Below are positions 34,368 to 43,577 of a stretch of 64,000 nucleotides of DNA, in pieces. The stretch is from positions 5,888,001 to 5,952,000 of the forward strand of contig OY762007.1 of the NCBI GenBank assembly GCA_963665115.1, read 5' to 3'. The DNA is from an uncultured Rivularia sp. Its GTDB lineage: Bacteria > Cyanobacteriota > Cyanobacteriia > Cyanobacteriales > Nostocaceae. Made by a program: the position numbers and the translations under genes. Positions within the stretch are counted from its first letter, which is position 1. Every line of letters begins with the position of its first letter. The notes under the pieces are model-generated. The model saw only the letters and a program-made list of their open reading frames with translations, was not told the DNA's origin and did not search any database.

Positions 34368-35160
34368 TTAATTAGATAGTGATTCGGAATATTTCACGAA
34401 GTTAGATATTTTCCAGTTCAATCCATGAACTCTGTCAGCAATGTTGGGCTTGTTAGATTTGCCATCACAAAGCATACAAGAAGAACATTTCACCCTATCA
34501 TCTTCGGTATGACGGCAAAGGATTTCGTTTTCACTCAAAGGAGCGTCAGGAGTGATGATTCTGAAAGTTCTCCAACCTTGATTTTGAGCTATACGAGCTT
34601 CCGACTCACTCTGTACAGAAGCCATTAAATATTTTTTCCAACGTTCGTCACATTTATTGCTATACCATCTATGTGTGTAGCCAGTATGCCCGCTTGATGC
34701 TCTTATTATCGGCTCCCAGACATCAAATGGTACTGCTGTAGGGGTCGCCCTTCGGGTTCGCAGTCGCCTGTGGAGGGAAACCCTCCTGCAGCGCTGTCTC
34801 ACCATAGGAACCAATTCTGATAGGATATCTATATCGTTTGATGATTTCGATTTCATTCGCGCTAAGTTTTGGATAATTACCTGCAAAGTATTTCCGGTAA
34901 ATGTTATTAACAGGGAGTAGATTAACGAAGCAGGCTCCTGTTTGACTCAATTTCAATGGGCAGTCTCCGCAAACTCCTCGATCCAATTCTTTCTTTGCAG
35001 CTTCGGTTGGTACAAAATTTTGTTGGATAATCCATGATTGTAATAAGTAACCTGTCTTGCGATTAGACGTGTGGTTGACAAATCCGGTTAAGATAAGAAC
35101 TATGGGAGAACCGTCAATCAAAGATGCTCCTTCCCAGACGATGTAACTATTTTTCAACAT
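34368..35160 (-). CDS. Cys-rich phage-like protein, possibly Fe-S/radical-SAM-like, with an in-frame repeat insertion (frameshift near 34741)
   Basis: CGDCP..ACFV, RIGSYG[insert]DPTAVP, TGYTHRW, MASV, GWRTFR, CSSCMLCDG; likely ATG at 35160. Confidence 0.55.
34746..34803 (-). mobile_element. Small dispersed repeat inserted in frame in a gene
   Basis: GC-rich palindromic 54-nt net insert encoding ETALQEGFPPQATANPKG between G and DP. Confidence 0.7.
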
Positions 35161-35298
35161 AGTAATAGCGGAAAATGATTTTGAATTTTCTGAAGCGAAA
35201 AATGGTTGAAGTGATGATGTATTTGAAATAATTTTCGACAACAAAAAGGGGAATAAAATCTGCTTTATCCCCCTTTAATTCCGTTTATAATGCCAGTA

Positions 35299-35676
35299 TT
35301 AATTCTCAGCTTTCATTTGAGGATTAACACTTGCATTTATACGAGCAGCATATTCTCGTCTGCGCTGCCAAGATAACTCGTTTAGTACGATTAAATCTTC
35401 TTTGGTTTTACCGAATTTACGATAAGCGAATTCAAGCAATTGTTCAAGAGAATAGCGCTTTTCTTCTACTTTTCCAAAATCACTTGCGAAGCGCTCTTTA
35501 AATACATCCCAATTGAAATATTGGAAACTATTTTTAGCAAGAAGTCCACATAAGGAGCGTATTGAATAGTAGACTTTTGAGTAGAGTCTTTCTGAGTAAT
35601 CGCTAACTGAGTACTCGCCTAAAACAGAATCATCAATTGCTTGAAATTTTGGTGTAGAATATTTACGTTTAGCCAT
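35299..35676 (-). CDS. Hypothetical protein
   Basis: 125 aa, AGGAG RBS. Confidence 0.65.
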   Translation of the reverse strand: MAKRKYSTPKFQAIDDSVLGEYSVSDYSERLYSKVYYSIRSLCGLLAKNSFQYFNWDVFKERFASDFGKVEEKRYSLEQLLEFAYRKFGKTKEDLIVLNELSWQRRREYAARINASVNPQMKAEN

Positions 35677-35731
35677 GAGGTAGATTTCTCCTAATTATTT
35701 CATTGTCCTCTGAGCGTAAGCTCTTAGCCAA

Positions 35732-35977
35732 TTACCACCAACAGGAATCATGATAATCTGACATTAAATCCTTGATTTCACAGTTATGCTGATAATCGAT
35801 TTCTAACTGTTGTAAATCTGTATCTGAAACTAAATTTTTCAGTTCCTGTATCATTTCTCTCAGATGATTATCATCGCTAACACCTGAGTAGTAAATTTTG
35901 ATGAATTTATCAGCTTTTGTCATGAATTGTTCGAGGTTTGTAACGAATACCTGCTCTGAATTTACTGCCTGAATCAT
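35732..35977 (-). CDS. Small acidic hypothetical protein
   Basis: 81 aa, AGGA RBS. Confidence 0.55.
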   Translation of the reverse strand: MIQAVNSEQVFVTNLEQFMTKADKFIKIYYSGVSDDNHLREMIQELKNLVSDTDLQQLEIDYQHNCEIKDLMSDYHDSCWW

Positions 35978-36007
35978 GATTCTTTCCTATGAACTACTTG
36001 AAGCGAT

Positions 36008-36370
36008 TTAGTACTCGTTTGGAAGCATTAAAACTTTTTCAACCAGATAGAGCTTGATGTGGTTTAACGGAAAATCTGTATATTCAATTTCTTGTCGTAA
36101 TACTTCTTGATTCGTATCCCATTCACATATCAAAACACCGGAATTATCTTGAACTTGTAAATGCCAGATTTGAAATTCTTTTAACTTCGGATTTGATAGA
36201 AATTGATTTGTTTGATGTGAAGCGATTGCATCTAACAGCCAATAACAATTAGTTTCTTCGGCTAGGTATTGGATACCCTCAGCATATTTCAAGCCGAGCC
36301 AGTGTTTGTAGAGAGTTGCTGAACCATAAAATTGGTTTAGCTCGCTGGCTATTTCTTGAGGAGTTTTCAT
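36008..36370 (-). CDS. DUF6876-like protein
   Basis: LNQFYGS..Y.EGIQYLAE..CYWLLDAIASHQ..FQIW..QEIEYTDFP..MLPNEY. Confidence 0.65.
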   Translation of the reverse strand: MKTPQEIASELNQFYGSATLYKHWLGLKYAEGIQYLAEETNCYWLLDAIASHQTNQFLSNPKLKEFQIWHLQVQDNSGVLICEWDTNQEVLRQEIEYTDFPLNHIKLYLVEKVLMLPNEY

Positions 36371-36386
36371 TTTTTCAAATTCCTGA

Positions 36387-36466
36387 TTTTACGGACTTCA
36401 CGTGAAGTCTTGCGGGGGAATCTTCCCCCGCAGAGCTTCACAACTTCATCGGCGTGAGCCGTAAAA
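36387..36466. promoter_or_regulatory. Large imperfect stem-loop upstream of the minus-strand cassette
   Basis: Nested pairs TTTTACGG/CCGTAAAA, TCACG/CGTGA, GTGAAG/CTTCAC, TGCGGGGGAA/TTCCCCCGCA. Confidence 0.6.
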
Positions 36467-36590
36467 CGATAACTGCTGATAACAGATACCAGCAGTTGGG
36501 AAAAATTTATTTGTTATTAGCTAATTACAAAAGTTTTTATGATGTGGTTTTAATTGATTATTTATATCAATTTTTTATAAAACACGATTT

Positions 36591-38876
36591 TCACTTACCA
36601 ATTCCGCTTAAAAGTGACTTAACTAATAACCGCAATCTGTTCATTATTAAAGATGTACCCCCATCGCTGTAAACTTTTTTAAGTTTATTCACTAGAAGAG
36701 AAAGTATTTCCATACCCGTCATATTAATATTGAGTTCAATTATGTTTTGTGACGGATTTTCCCACAGCCAAGATGCACCATTTTGATTTAATAAATGATA
36801 AATCTCTGCGCCATAATCTTGGTACAATTGAGGGTGTTCTTGAGCAATTAACTCGTAAAGATAAAGTAGTTGCTCGCGATTGCTTTGTTGCAAACGTGAA
36901 TCGGAGCGAATGCGATAAAAGTAATGCAATTCGGGAATTACAACTCCCAACCATCCCCCCTCGCAGATATTAACCCAGCATTCGTAATCTTCTAAGTTTT
37001 CTGCCAATAAAGATTTCATGCCACCACTAGCAAGGTAAACGGCTTTTCGTACTACGGTACAAACACCAAGGGTGTTGTGGCAAAGTAAATAAGGAAATTC
37101 TGTATTCCAAGCTACCCAAACTTTTTCGGAATCACCAAATTCTTTAATCCAGGAAGCGACGAAACCCACATTCTCGTACTGTTGCAAAACTGATGCTGCT
37201 TGGGTGTAAAAAGTTGGAGAAACTTTATCGTCTGCGTCAAGGAAAGCAATGTATTCTCCTGTTGCAATTTCTGCCATTTTGTTTCTGGCTGTGGCTACTC
37301 CTAAGTTTTCGGAGTGAAGAATTTTTAGGTTACTATACTGTTGTTCTACTATTGCTAGAGTTTCTAAGCTTTTTTTGTTAGTACTACCGTCATTGAGAAG
37401 AATTACTTCTATATCTGCATAAGTTGAGGCAAATACAGAATTGAGCGTTTCCTGGATATAGCGATCGCAGTTATAAAAAGGAATGCAAACAGATATTTTA
37501 CCTTGAATGCCGGTGCTTTCGTTTAATTTGAGAGGAGGGTATGAAATTTTACCGTGAGGTGGGTAGTTCAAGGAAGGAAAAACATTTCGTTTTTTATGTT
37601 TATCTTGCTCAATAATCTTTTGAAAATGGGTTATACGTTTGGATAATACGTTTTCATGTCCCGATTTTTCTAATATTATTCGACGTGCTTTTTCTCCTAA
37701 TTCTAATATTTCAGTAGTTGAATAGTTCAGAATTTTCTTTAATTTTCTATCAAAATCGTTATTTATCTGCCAATCAAAAATTACACCACCAACACTTGTT
37801 GCTGTTTGTAACATTTCTACATGACCGACTCCCGATGAAGCTAAAATTGCTTTGCCTAAAAGCATGGATTCCAAACAAGTATTAGCATAGTTTTCCCAAA
37901 GTGAGGGAAGTACTATGCACCATGCTTTCTTGATTCGTTCGTACAGTTTTGGTTGGGGGAGAGGGGGAAGAATTGTAAGTCTACCCGAATTTATATGCTG
38001 ACGATATTTTTCTGTTAAGTAAGCTTTCATGTAACAACCTTGGAGATGATACAAAGTATCGCCACCAATAGCTGTAAGATTAAAATCAACCCCTGCTTCC
38101 CACATTCGATTACAAGCTTCTAATAAGGGGATGATACCTTTTCTGACTTCTAACCTGCCAAAGTAAACTATATCTTTTGGTGTAGGTGAGGATAATGGTA
38201 ATTGCTGTTTGTCTAAAAGTAGCTTCTGTGCTGGTAAAGGGATAATCTCAATATCAAGGTTGGGATTTAAAGCTGTTTTTACTTGCTTGGCAATGTACTC
38301 GGTGGGAGCAATAATTCCGTCAGCAGCGAGAGTACAAAACTTCTCCATCCTTCCTACCCAGTAGTCACTAAGATGAAATCCTGGCATTTTGCTGGCAGGA
38401 TATAGCAAGTATTGGGAACTGTGTAGGTTAAGGATGATAGGTACTCCCTGCAATTCTAAGCAGCCTAATAATTTTTTCTGAAGTAAGAAATAGGCTATCC
38501 CACTATAATCTTCGCTTTCAATGGCATCAGGTTTTCCGTGAATGCGGATATAATTAATAACTTCGTTTGCTAATTGATAACTAAGCGCTCCCCAGTAACC
38601 CATTACGTTATATGGAAATGATGGATGGGTTTGGGAACGTGGATGCGTTTTTGTATTGCTAAAAAATGAAGTATCTTTAGGAGCTATTTTAATAAATTTA
38701 AGTTTATCTGTTGATTCTATTCCCGCTTTTTCGCTACGGGTAAAAACAGTGATATCGTGTCCTGCATCTGAGAACATTGTAGATGTATTGCCGACATAAG
38801 TAGCAATACCACCGGGAACTGGAGGACATTCGCTAGCAATCAAAAATAGTTTCATAAACCTAAATTTCTTCCTCAA
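36591..38876 (-). CDS. Fused GT4 + GT2 glycosyltransferase
   Basis: PGGIATY, FGRLEVRKG, PSLWENYANTCLES; then SVCIPFYN, NDGST, FLDADD. Confidence 0.85.
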   Translation of the reverse strand: MRKKFRFMKLFLIASECPPVPGGIATYVGNTSTMFSDAGHDITVFTRSEKAGIESTDKLKFIKIAPKDTSFFSNTKTHPRSQTHPSFPYNVMGYWGALSYQLANEVINYIRIHGKPDAIESEDYSGIAYFLLQKKLLGCLELQGVPIILNLHSSQYLLYPASKMPGFHLSDYWVGRMEKFCTLAADGIIAPTEYIAKQVKTALNPNLDIEIIPLPAQKLLLDKQQLPLSSPTPKDIVYFGRLEVRKGIIPLLEACNRMWEAGVDFNLTAIGGDTLYHLQGCYMKAYLTEKYRQHINSGRLTILPPLPQPKLYERIKKAWCIVLPSLWENYANTCLESMLLGKAILASSGVGHVEMLQTATSVGGVIFDWQINNDFDRKLKKILNYSTTEILELGEKARRIILEKSGHENVLSKRITHFQKIIEQDKHKKRNVFPSLNYPPHGKISYPPLKLNESTGIQGKISVCIPFYNCDRYIQETLNSVFASTYADIEVILLNDGSTNKKSLETLAIVEQQYSNLKILHSENLGVATARNKMAEIATGEYIAFLDADDKVSPTFYTQAASVLQQYENVGFVASWIKEFGDSEKVWVAWNTEFPYLLCHNTLGVCTVVRKAVYLASGGMKSLLAENLEDYECWVNICEGGWLGVVIPELHYFYRIRSDSRLQQSNREQLLYLYELIAQEHPQLYQDYGAEIYHLLNQNGASWLWENPSQNIIELNINMTGMEILSLLVNKLKKVYSDGGTSLIMNRLRLLVKSLLSGIGK

Positions 38877-41175
38877 TAGTTAAGTGAAGGAAGCGCTTTA
38901 AATTAAACCATTGTTTTCTCAACTTCCAGAACTTAGATGATTCCATCGCACGTTTTTTCCAAGATAATTCGTGTCTTTCTTCTTTTAATAAACAGTTCTC
39001 TTGCCACAACTTATTTAACAGTTGTTCTTGGTGCAGATATTCGAGCGCTATTAATAATGTTTCTTCAGCCATTGCTAAGTTAACTTCTAAGTGTGGATTT
39101 AATTCCCCATTGCAATTCCAACCTTCTTCCTTCTTCTTTCTTCCTTCAACATCCGTTTTAATAGCTTCTGTAAATATCTCCTCCATTTGGTCAGCCATTT
39201 GTGCCAATGAAAATGAATCAACAACGCGCTGACGTGCTTGCAAACCAATTTTATGACGTAATTGTTGATTTTGAATCAGCGGTAGCAAGATTTGTAAATA
39301 TGAATTGACTTCTTGTTCATCACTATCACCTTTAGCTACTAAAAAACCTGTTTCGGTTGTGACTAACTCTGCTTGTCCCCCCACATCAGCAGCAACAACA
39401 GGTAGCTGCATCGACATAGCTTCGTAAATTGCGAGAGAAATGCCTTCATAAGCTGAAGGTAACAGTAAAATATCTGCTGCTGAGTAAAACCCCAACATTT
39501 CGGTAGAAGCAACGCTCGAAAGTATGTGAAAGTAATCATTTAGACCCAGTTGATTGATTTTAGCCTGCATGGTGGTTAACAAGTCCCCATCACCGATTAC
39601 TATGACTGAGATGCAAGTATTTATGGGTAGATTATCAATTAAAGCTTTGATAATATCAACTAAAAATAAAGGGCGTTTTTGTTCGACAATGCGTGCGGGA
39701 AATAGCAAGACAATTGTATCTTCTGTTATTTTTAGCTGTAACCGTATGTCTTTACGTTTGTGGCTGTTGTGAACCCAATATTCTGTATCTACATTGGTGT
39801 AGCAAGTTTTAATTTTTCCCTCTTTAAATGAGTTTGTACTTTGATAGTAATCGGCTAATAATTTAGAAGTAACAATTTGATAATCTAAAAATTGACTAAA
39901 TTGGCAAGAAACTCTAGGATATCCGATTCCTCGCCAATTAGGGTCAAAAGTATGAGTAAAATCCATCAAAGCAATATGAGGAAATTCTTGACTTAGGAAA
40001 GGTAAAAAGTAGTAAGCAATATAGGAATTAGAGATAAAAACAATATCAATTTGTCGCGATTCTATAATATATTTTGTAAATGCTAACCAGTGACAATCAT
40101 TAAGAATGTTTGGTAAATGAAAGATATCTGGAGTAATAGCATAAAAGTATTGATACCAGGGGTGGGTTGATTCTAATGTTGTGACGATTGTAAAATCATA
40201 ACCGCGATTTGTAAGCAGGGAAACTAGGTCTAAATTAAACTTGTCCGCTCCACCAACCTCTAAATGAGGAAAAAAACAAAGGACACGTTTGCTCTCCTTA
40301 TCGCGTTTAAGTGGATTTTTAACTGTAATTTGCTTGCGGATTTGACCGACATCGAAATTATCTCTTTTAATTTCGCTATTATCTAAACCGTTTTGAAAAA
40401 AGCTTTGATAGCGAGATTGAATTAAATTTGTAACTCGTTTTTCTTCAGGAGTATTTTTACGAGAAGTTTCTAACAAACCAGAATCAAGACGACGGTAACA
40501 ATCCAAATATTCAGGAATTGTCCAACCTTTTTGGTGATTGGTTATTGCTTTTAACCACCTTTCCCAATCTTCATAAAATCTCAAGTCTTCATCAAATCCA
40601 CCCAAGCTGTCAAAATCGGATTTTCGATATAGCAATCTACCCGTAACCCAATTTTGCTCTAAAAAGCGTGCGGGTTGATCGAAACCATGATTCCACCAGT
40701 ATTCTTGAGTTTGAAAACCAACTGAGTAGGAATTAACAAAGGAAAACTCTGGATGTGTTTCCAAAAATAGTACGCATTTCTCGATGTAAGTAGAGTCTAT
40801 CAAGTCATCTAAGTCCATGAAAAACAAGTATTTACCAGTTGCGTGGGTAATAGCTGTGTTCCTACCTGCTGCTACTCCCCTGTTAGTCGGATGCTGCAAA
40901 GTTTTAATCTTACCGTATTTTTGGGGTAAAGATTGAAACAAAGCAATCGCTTCTGGTTCGGTTGAGCGATCATCAACAATTATCCATTCAAAATTTTGGA
41001 ATGTTTGATTAATTATGGATTGATAAGTGGGTTCAAAATACCTATGGGCGTTAAAGAACGAAGAAATAATTGATACAACTGGTTGACAACGTTCTGAACC
41101 ATAAAATTTCCATTTCCTTGCTTGCAACACCTGGATAAATTCGCTGACAGTAGAAAAAGGTGTAACTGTAGACAT
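38860..41175 (-). CDS. Fused GT2 + GT4 glycosyltransferase
   Basis: VDDRST, FMDLDD; then GGADKF, ARIVEQK, PSAYEGISLAIYEAMS. Confidence 0.85.
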   Translation of the reverse strand: MSTVTPFSTVSEFIQVLQARKWKFYGSERCQPVVSIISSFFNAHRYFEPTYQSIINQTFQNFEWIIVDDRSTEPEAIALFQSLPQKYGKIKTLQHPTNRGVAAGRNTAITHATGKYLFFMDLDDLIDSTYIEKCVLFLETHPEFSFVNSYSVGFQTQEYWWNHGFDQPARFLEQNWVTGRLLYRKSDFDSLGGFDEDLRFYEDWERWLKAITNHQKGWTIPEYLDCYRRLDSGLLETSRKNTPEEKRVTNLIQSRYQSFFQNGLDNSEIKRDNFDVGQIRKQITVKNPLKRDKESKRVLCFFPHLEVGGADKFNLDLVSLLTNRGYDFTIVTTLESTHPWYQYFYAITPDIFHLPNILNDCHWLAFTKYIIESRQIDIVFISNSYIAYYFLPFLSQEFPHIALMDFTHTFDPNWRGIGYPRVSCQFSQFLDYQIVTSKLLADYYQSTNSFKEGKIKTCYTNVDTEYWVHNSHKRKDIRLQLKITEDTIVLLFPARIVEQKRPLFLVDIIKALIDNLPINTCISVIVIGDGDLLTTMQAKINQLGLNDYFHILSSVASTEMLGFYSAADILLLPSAYEGISLAIYEAMSMQLPVVAADVGGQAELVTTETGFLVAKGDSDEQEVNSYLQILLPLIQNQQLRHKIGLQARQRVVDSFSLAQMADQMEEIFTEAIKTDVEGRKKKEEGWNCNGELNPHLEVNLAMAEETLLIALEYLHQEQLLNKLWQENCLLKEERHELSWKKRAMESSKFWKLRKQWFNLKRFLHLTIEEEI

Positions 41176-41343
41176 AAAATAAGCGAACTGTTAGGATTTA
41201 CCTCTATTGTTAGTTGCTTGCTCGCCTTAGAATCAAATTTCTAGGCTAATAGCCACTATGTATTTAAAACTACTAAGTTCTAAATGGTACTTCAGAAATA
41301 TTATTTGGCAAGCATTCTTAAAATTTGTATACAATTATAAAGT

Positions 41344-42132
41344 ATGAAAAATTACTTCATAGTTAAGAATCTTTATAAGTATAGACGCTACATTTTTTAC
41401 AATGCTTGGTATGAATTGCGTTATCGCTATGCTGGTACGGGTATAGGTATCCTTTGGAATATTATTAATCCCCTGTGCGAAATTCTGATTTACACAGTTG
41501 TATTTTCTTTGCTACTCTCTCGTGGTGCGAGGGGGAGTTCTTATGCTTTATACTTGATGGCTGGACTACTACCGTGGCGGACATTTGTAGAAACTATTAC
41601 TCAAGGTAGTAATGCTTTTGTGCAAAATTCTATTTATCTGCGACGTTTAGCAATTCCTTCTGAGGTTTTCGTGGCTAAAGTCACTTTAACTTCTTTATTT
41701 TTACTGTTTATTTACCTAGCTTTAGTGCTTCCTGTTGGTGTTTTGCTGGGGGAAAATTTAGGTTTTGGAATATTGCTTTTACCAGTATTGGCAGTACTTT
41801 TACACGGATTAGGTTTTGGGATGGGGTTAATTTTAGCTAACCTACAAACTCTTTTTCCTGATGTCAAGCAGATATTACAATTTCTGATTCCGCTATGGAG
41901 TTGGGTAATACCTATTTTTTATCCAGAATCTGTTATTCCCAAAAATATTTTACCTTGGCTTTATCTTAATCCACCTTATGCATATATTAAGTCAGTTCGT
42001 GACTTGATTTTAGAAAACAAAATGCCAGGATTATATGTTTGGCTAATTATGATTGGCTGGCTATGTTTATTTGTGTGGTTAGGTAATGCAATGAATCAAG
42101 CACTTCAAGATGAAATTAAAGATGTAATATGA
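41344..42132 (+). CDS. wzm: Polysaccharide ABC exporter permease
   Basis: RYAGTGIGILWNIINP, PIFYP, LNP; about six TM segments. Confidence 0.85.
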   Translation: MKNYFIVKNLYKYRRYIFYNAWYELRYRYAGTGIGILWNIINPLCEILIYTVVFSLLLSRGARGSSYALYLMAGLLPWRTFVETITQGSNAFVQNSIYLRRLAIPSEVFVAKVTLTSLFLLFIYLALVLPVGVLLGENLGFGILLLPVLAVLLHGLGFGMGLILANLQTLFPDVKQILQFLIPLWSWVIPIFYPESVIPKNILPWLYLNPPYAYIKSVRDLILENKMPGLYVWLIMIGWLCLFVWLGNAMNQALQDEIKDVI

Positions 42133-43526
42133 GTGATGATATTATTTTGCAGGTGAATAACCTAAGTAAATGTTTCAAAATATATGCAAATCCTTGGCAT
42201 CGTGCTAGAGAATGGTTAAATTTAGGAAATAACACTCATCATCAAGAATTTTGGTCGCTTAAAGATGTATCTTTTACGGTGAGGAAAGGTCAATTTTTTG
42301 CAATTATTGGGCAAAATGGGGCGGGTAAAAGTACATTATTAAAAATAATAACTGGGGTTTTAAAACCAACAACGGGAAGCTATAAATTAAATGGGAAAGT
42401 TCTGTCGCTGCTGGAATTAGGAACTGATTTTAATCAGCAATTGAGTGGTCGAGCGAATGCAATTTACAGTGCTGAATTGTTGGGATTCCCTAAAGGGTAT
42501 GTGCAAGAAAGAATAAAAGAAATTGAAGAATTTTCAGAGTTAGGAGAGTTTTTTGACCGTCCAATAAAGTTGTATTCATCCGGGATGAAGTCAAGGTTCG
42601 CTTTTTCTTTATTTGCGTTTTTGGAATGCGATGTCCTGATTTTAGATGAAGTCTTAGCAGTTGGAGATATATTCTTCCAACAAAAATGTTATGCACGTCT
42701 TGAAGAATTGATAGCCAAGAAAATTACGATTATTTTAGTTACCCATCAGTTAGCAACAGTACAGCAATATTGTGATGAAGTTATTGTATTGCATCATGGA
42801 GAAAAAATTTTTCAAGGTGAATCGAAAAAAGCTGTTATCAAGTATCATCAACTGAGAAATAATCGGGGTAAGAAGTTATCATCAGATTTTTTTCAAAAAC
42901 AGTTAGAAGCATCTTTAAATTTTAAAGTATCGGATAGTTTTTTTTGGCCCGATGAAGAAGTTTTTATTCCTGTTTCTTTTCCCGAAGCAAATTATGCTCA
43001 ATTAATCCGTTACGCTATTTGTAATGCTAAGGGAGAAGGTTGTGTTAACTTTGTGCAAGGAGAACAAGCTTATTTATGTTGTGAGTTTCAACTGAAGGAA
43101 ACTATTGGTGTACCAATTGCTGCTGTCACGATTACCAATAGGTTTAATGTGTTAGTTCATAGCAAATCTTCCTGTCTGCAAAAGGTTGGTGTTCCGAATC
43201 AACTTAATCAAGGAAATTATCTACGCTTTTGTCGTCATATTACCTTCAGTATCGCACCGGGTGAATATGTTCTGGGTTTTGGCTTGATGACAATGAATCC
43301 TGATGATTATGCTTGTATAGATGAACTCCCACGAGCAGAATTTAAGAACCTCATTCAACTTTGTGATGTTTATGAAAAAGTGGGAGCTTTTAATGTTTTA
43401 CCTCATCATACTCTCAACAAACAATCTCACTTTGGGCTGTGTAATTTGCCGGGAGATAGTCAAATTCAAGTTATAAATATGAAGGAAGAAGGAAGAGGGA
43501 AGAGGGAAGAAGGTAATGTTATTTAA
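42129..43526 (+). CDS. wzt: Polysaccharide ABC exporter ATPase with a C-terminal carbohydrate-binding domain
   Basis: GQNGAGKST, YSSGMKSRF, LILDEVLAVGD..FQQKC; C-terminal extension with APGEY. Confidence 0.9.
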   Translation: MSDDIILQVNNLSKCFKIYANPWHRAREWLNLGNNTHHQEFWSLKDVSFTVRKGQFFAIIGQNGAGKSTLLKIITGVLKPTTGSYKLNGKVLSLLELGTDFNQQLSGRANAIYSAELLGFPKGYVQERIKEIEEFSELGEFFDRPIKLYSSGMKSRFAFSLFAFLECDVLILDEVLAVGDIFFQQKCYARLEELIAKKITIILVTHQLATVQQYCDEVIVLHHGEKIFQGESKKAVIKYHQLRNNRGKKLSSDFFQKQLEASLNFKVSDSFFWPDEEVFIPVSFPEANYAQLIRYAICNAKGEGCVNFVQGEQAYLCCEFQLKETIGVPIAAVTITNRFNVLVHSKSSCLQKVGVPNQLNQGNYLRFCRHITFSIAPGEYVLGFGLMTMNPDDYACIDELPRAEFKNLIQLCDVYEKVGAFNVLPHHTLNKQSHFGLCNLPGDSQIQVINMKEEGRGKREEGNVI

Positions 43527-43577
43527 AAATGCGCGTTGTGAGTTTAACTAACTTCGTTCTTCCTTCATTTTAAAATT

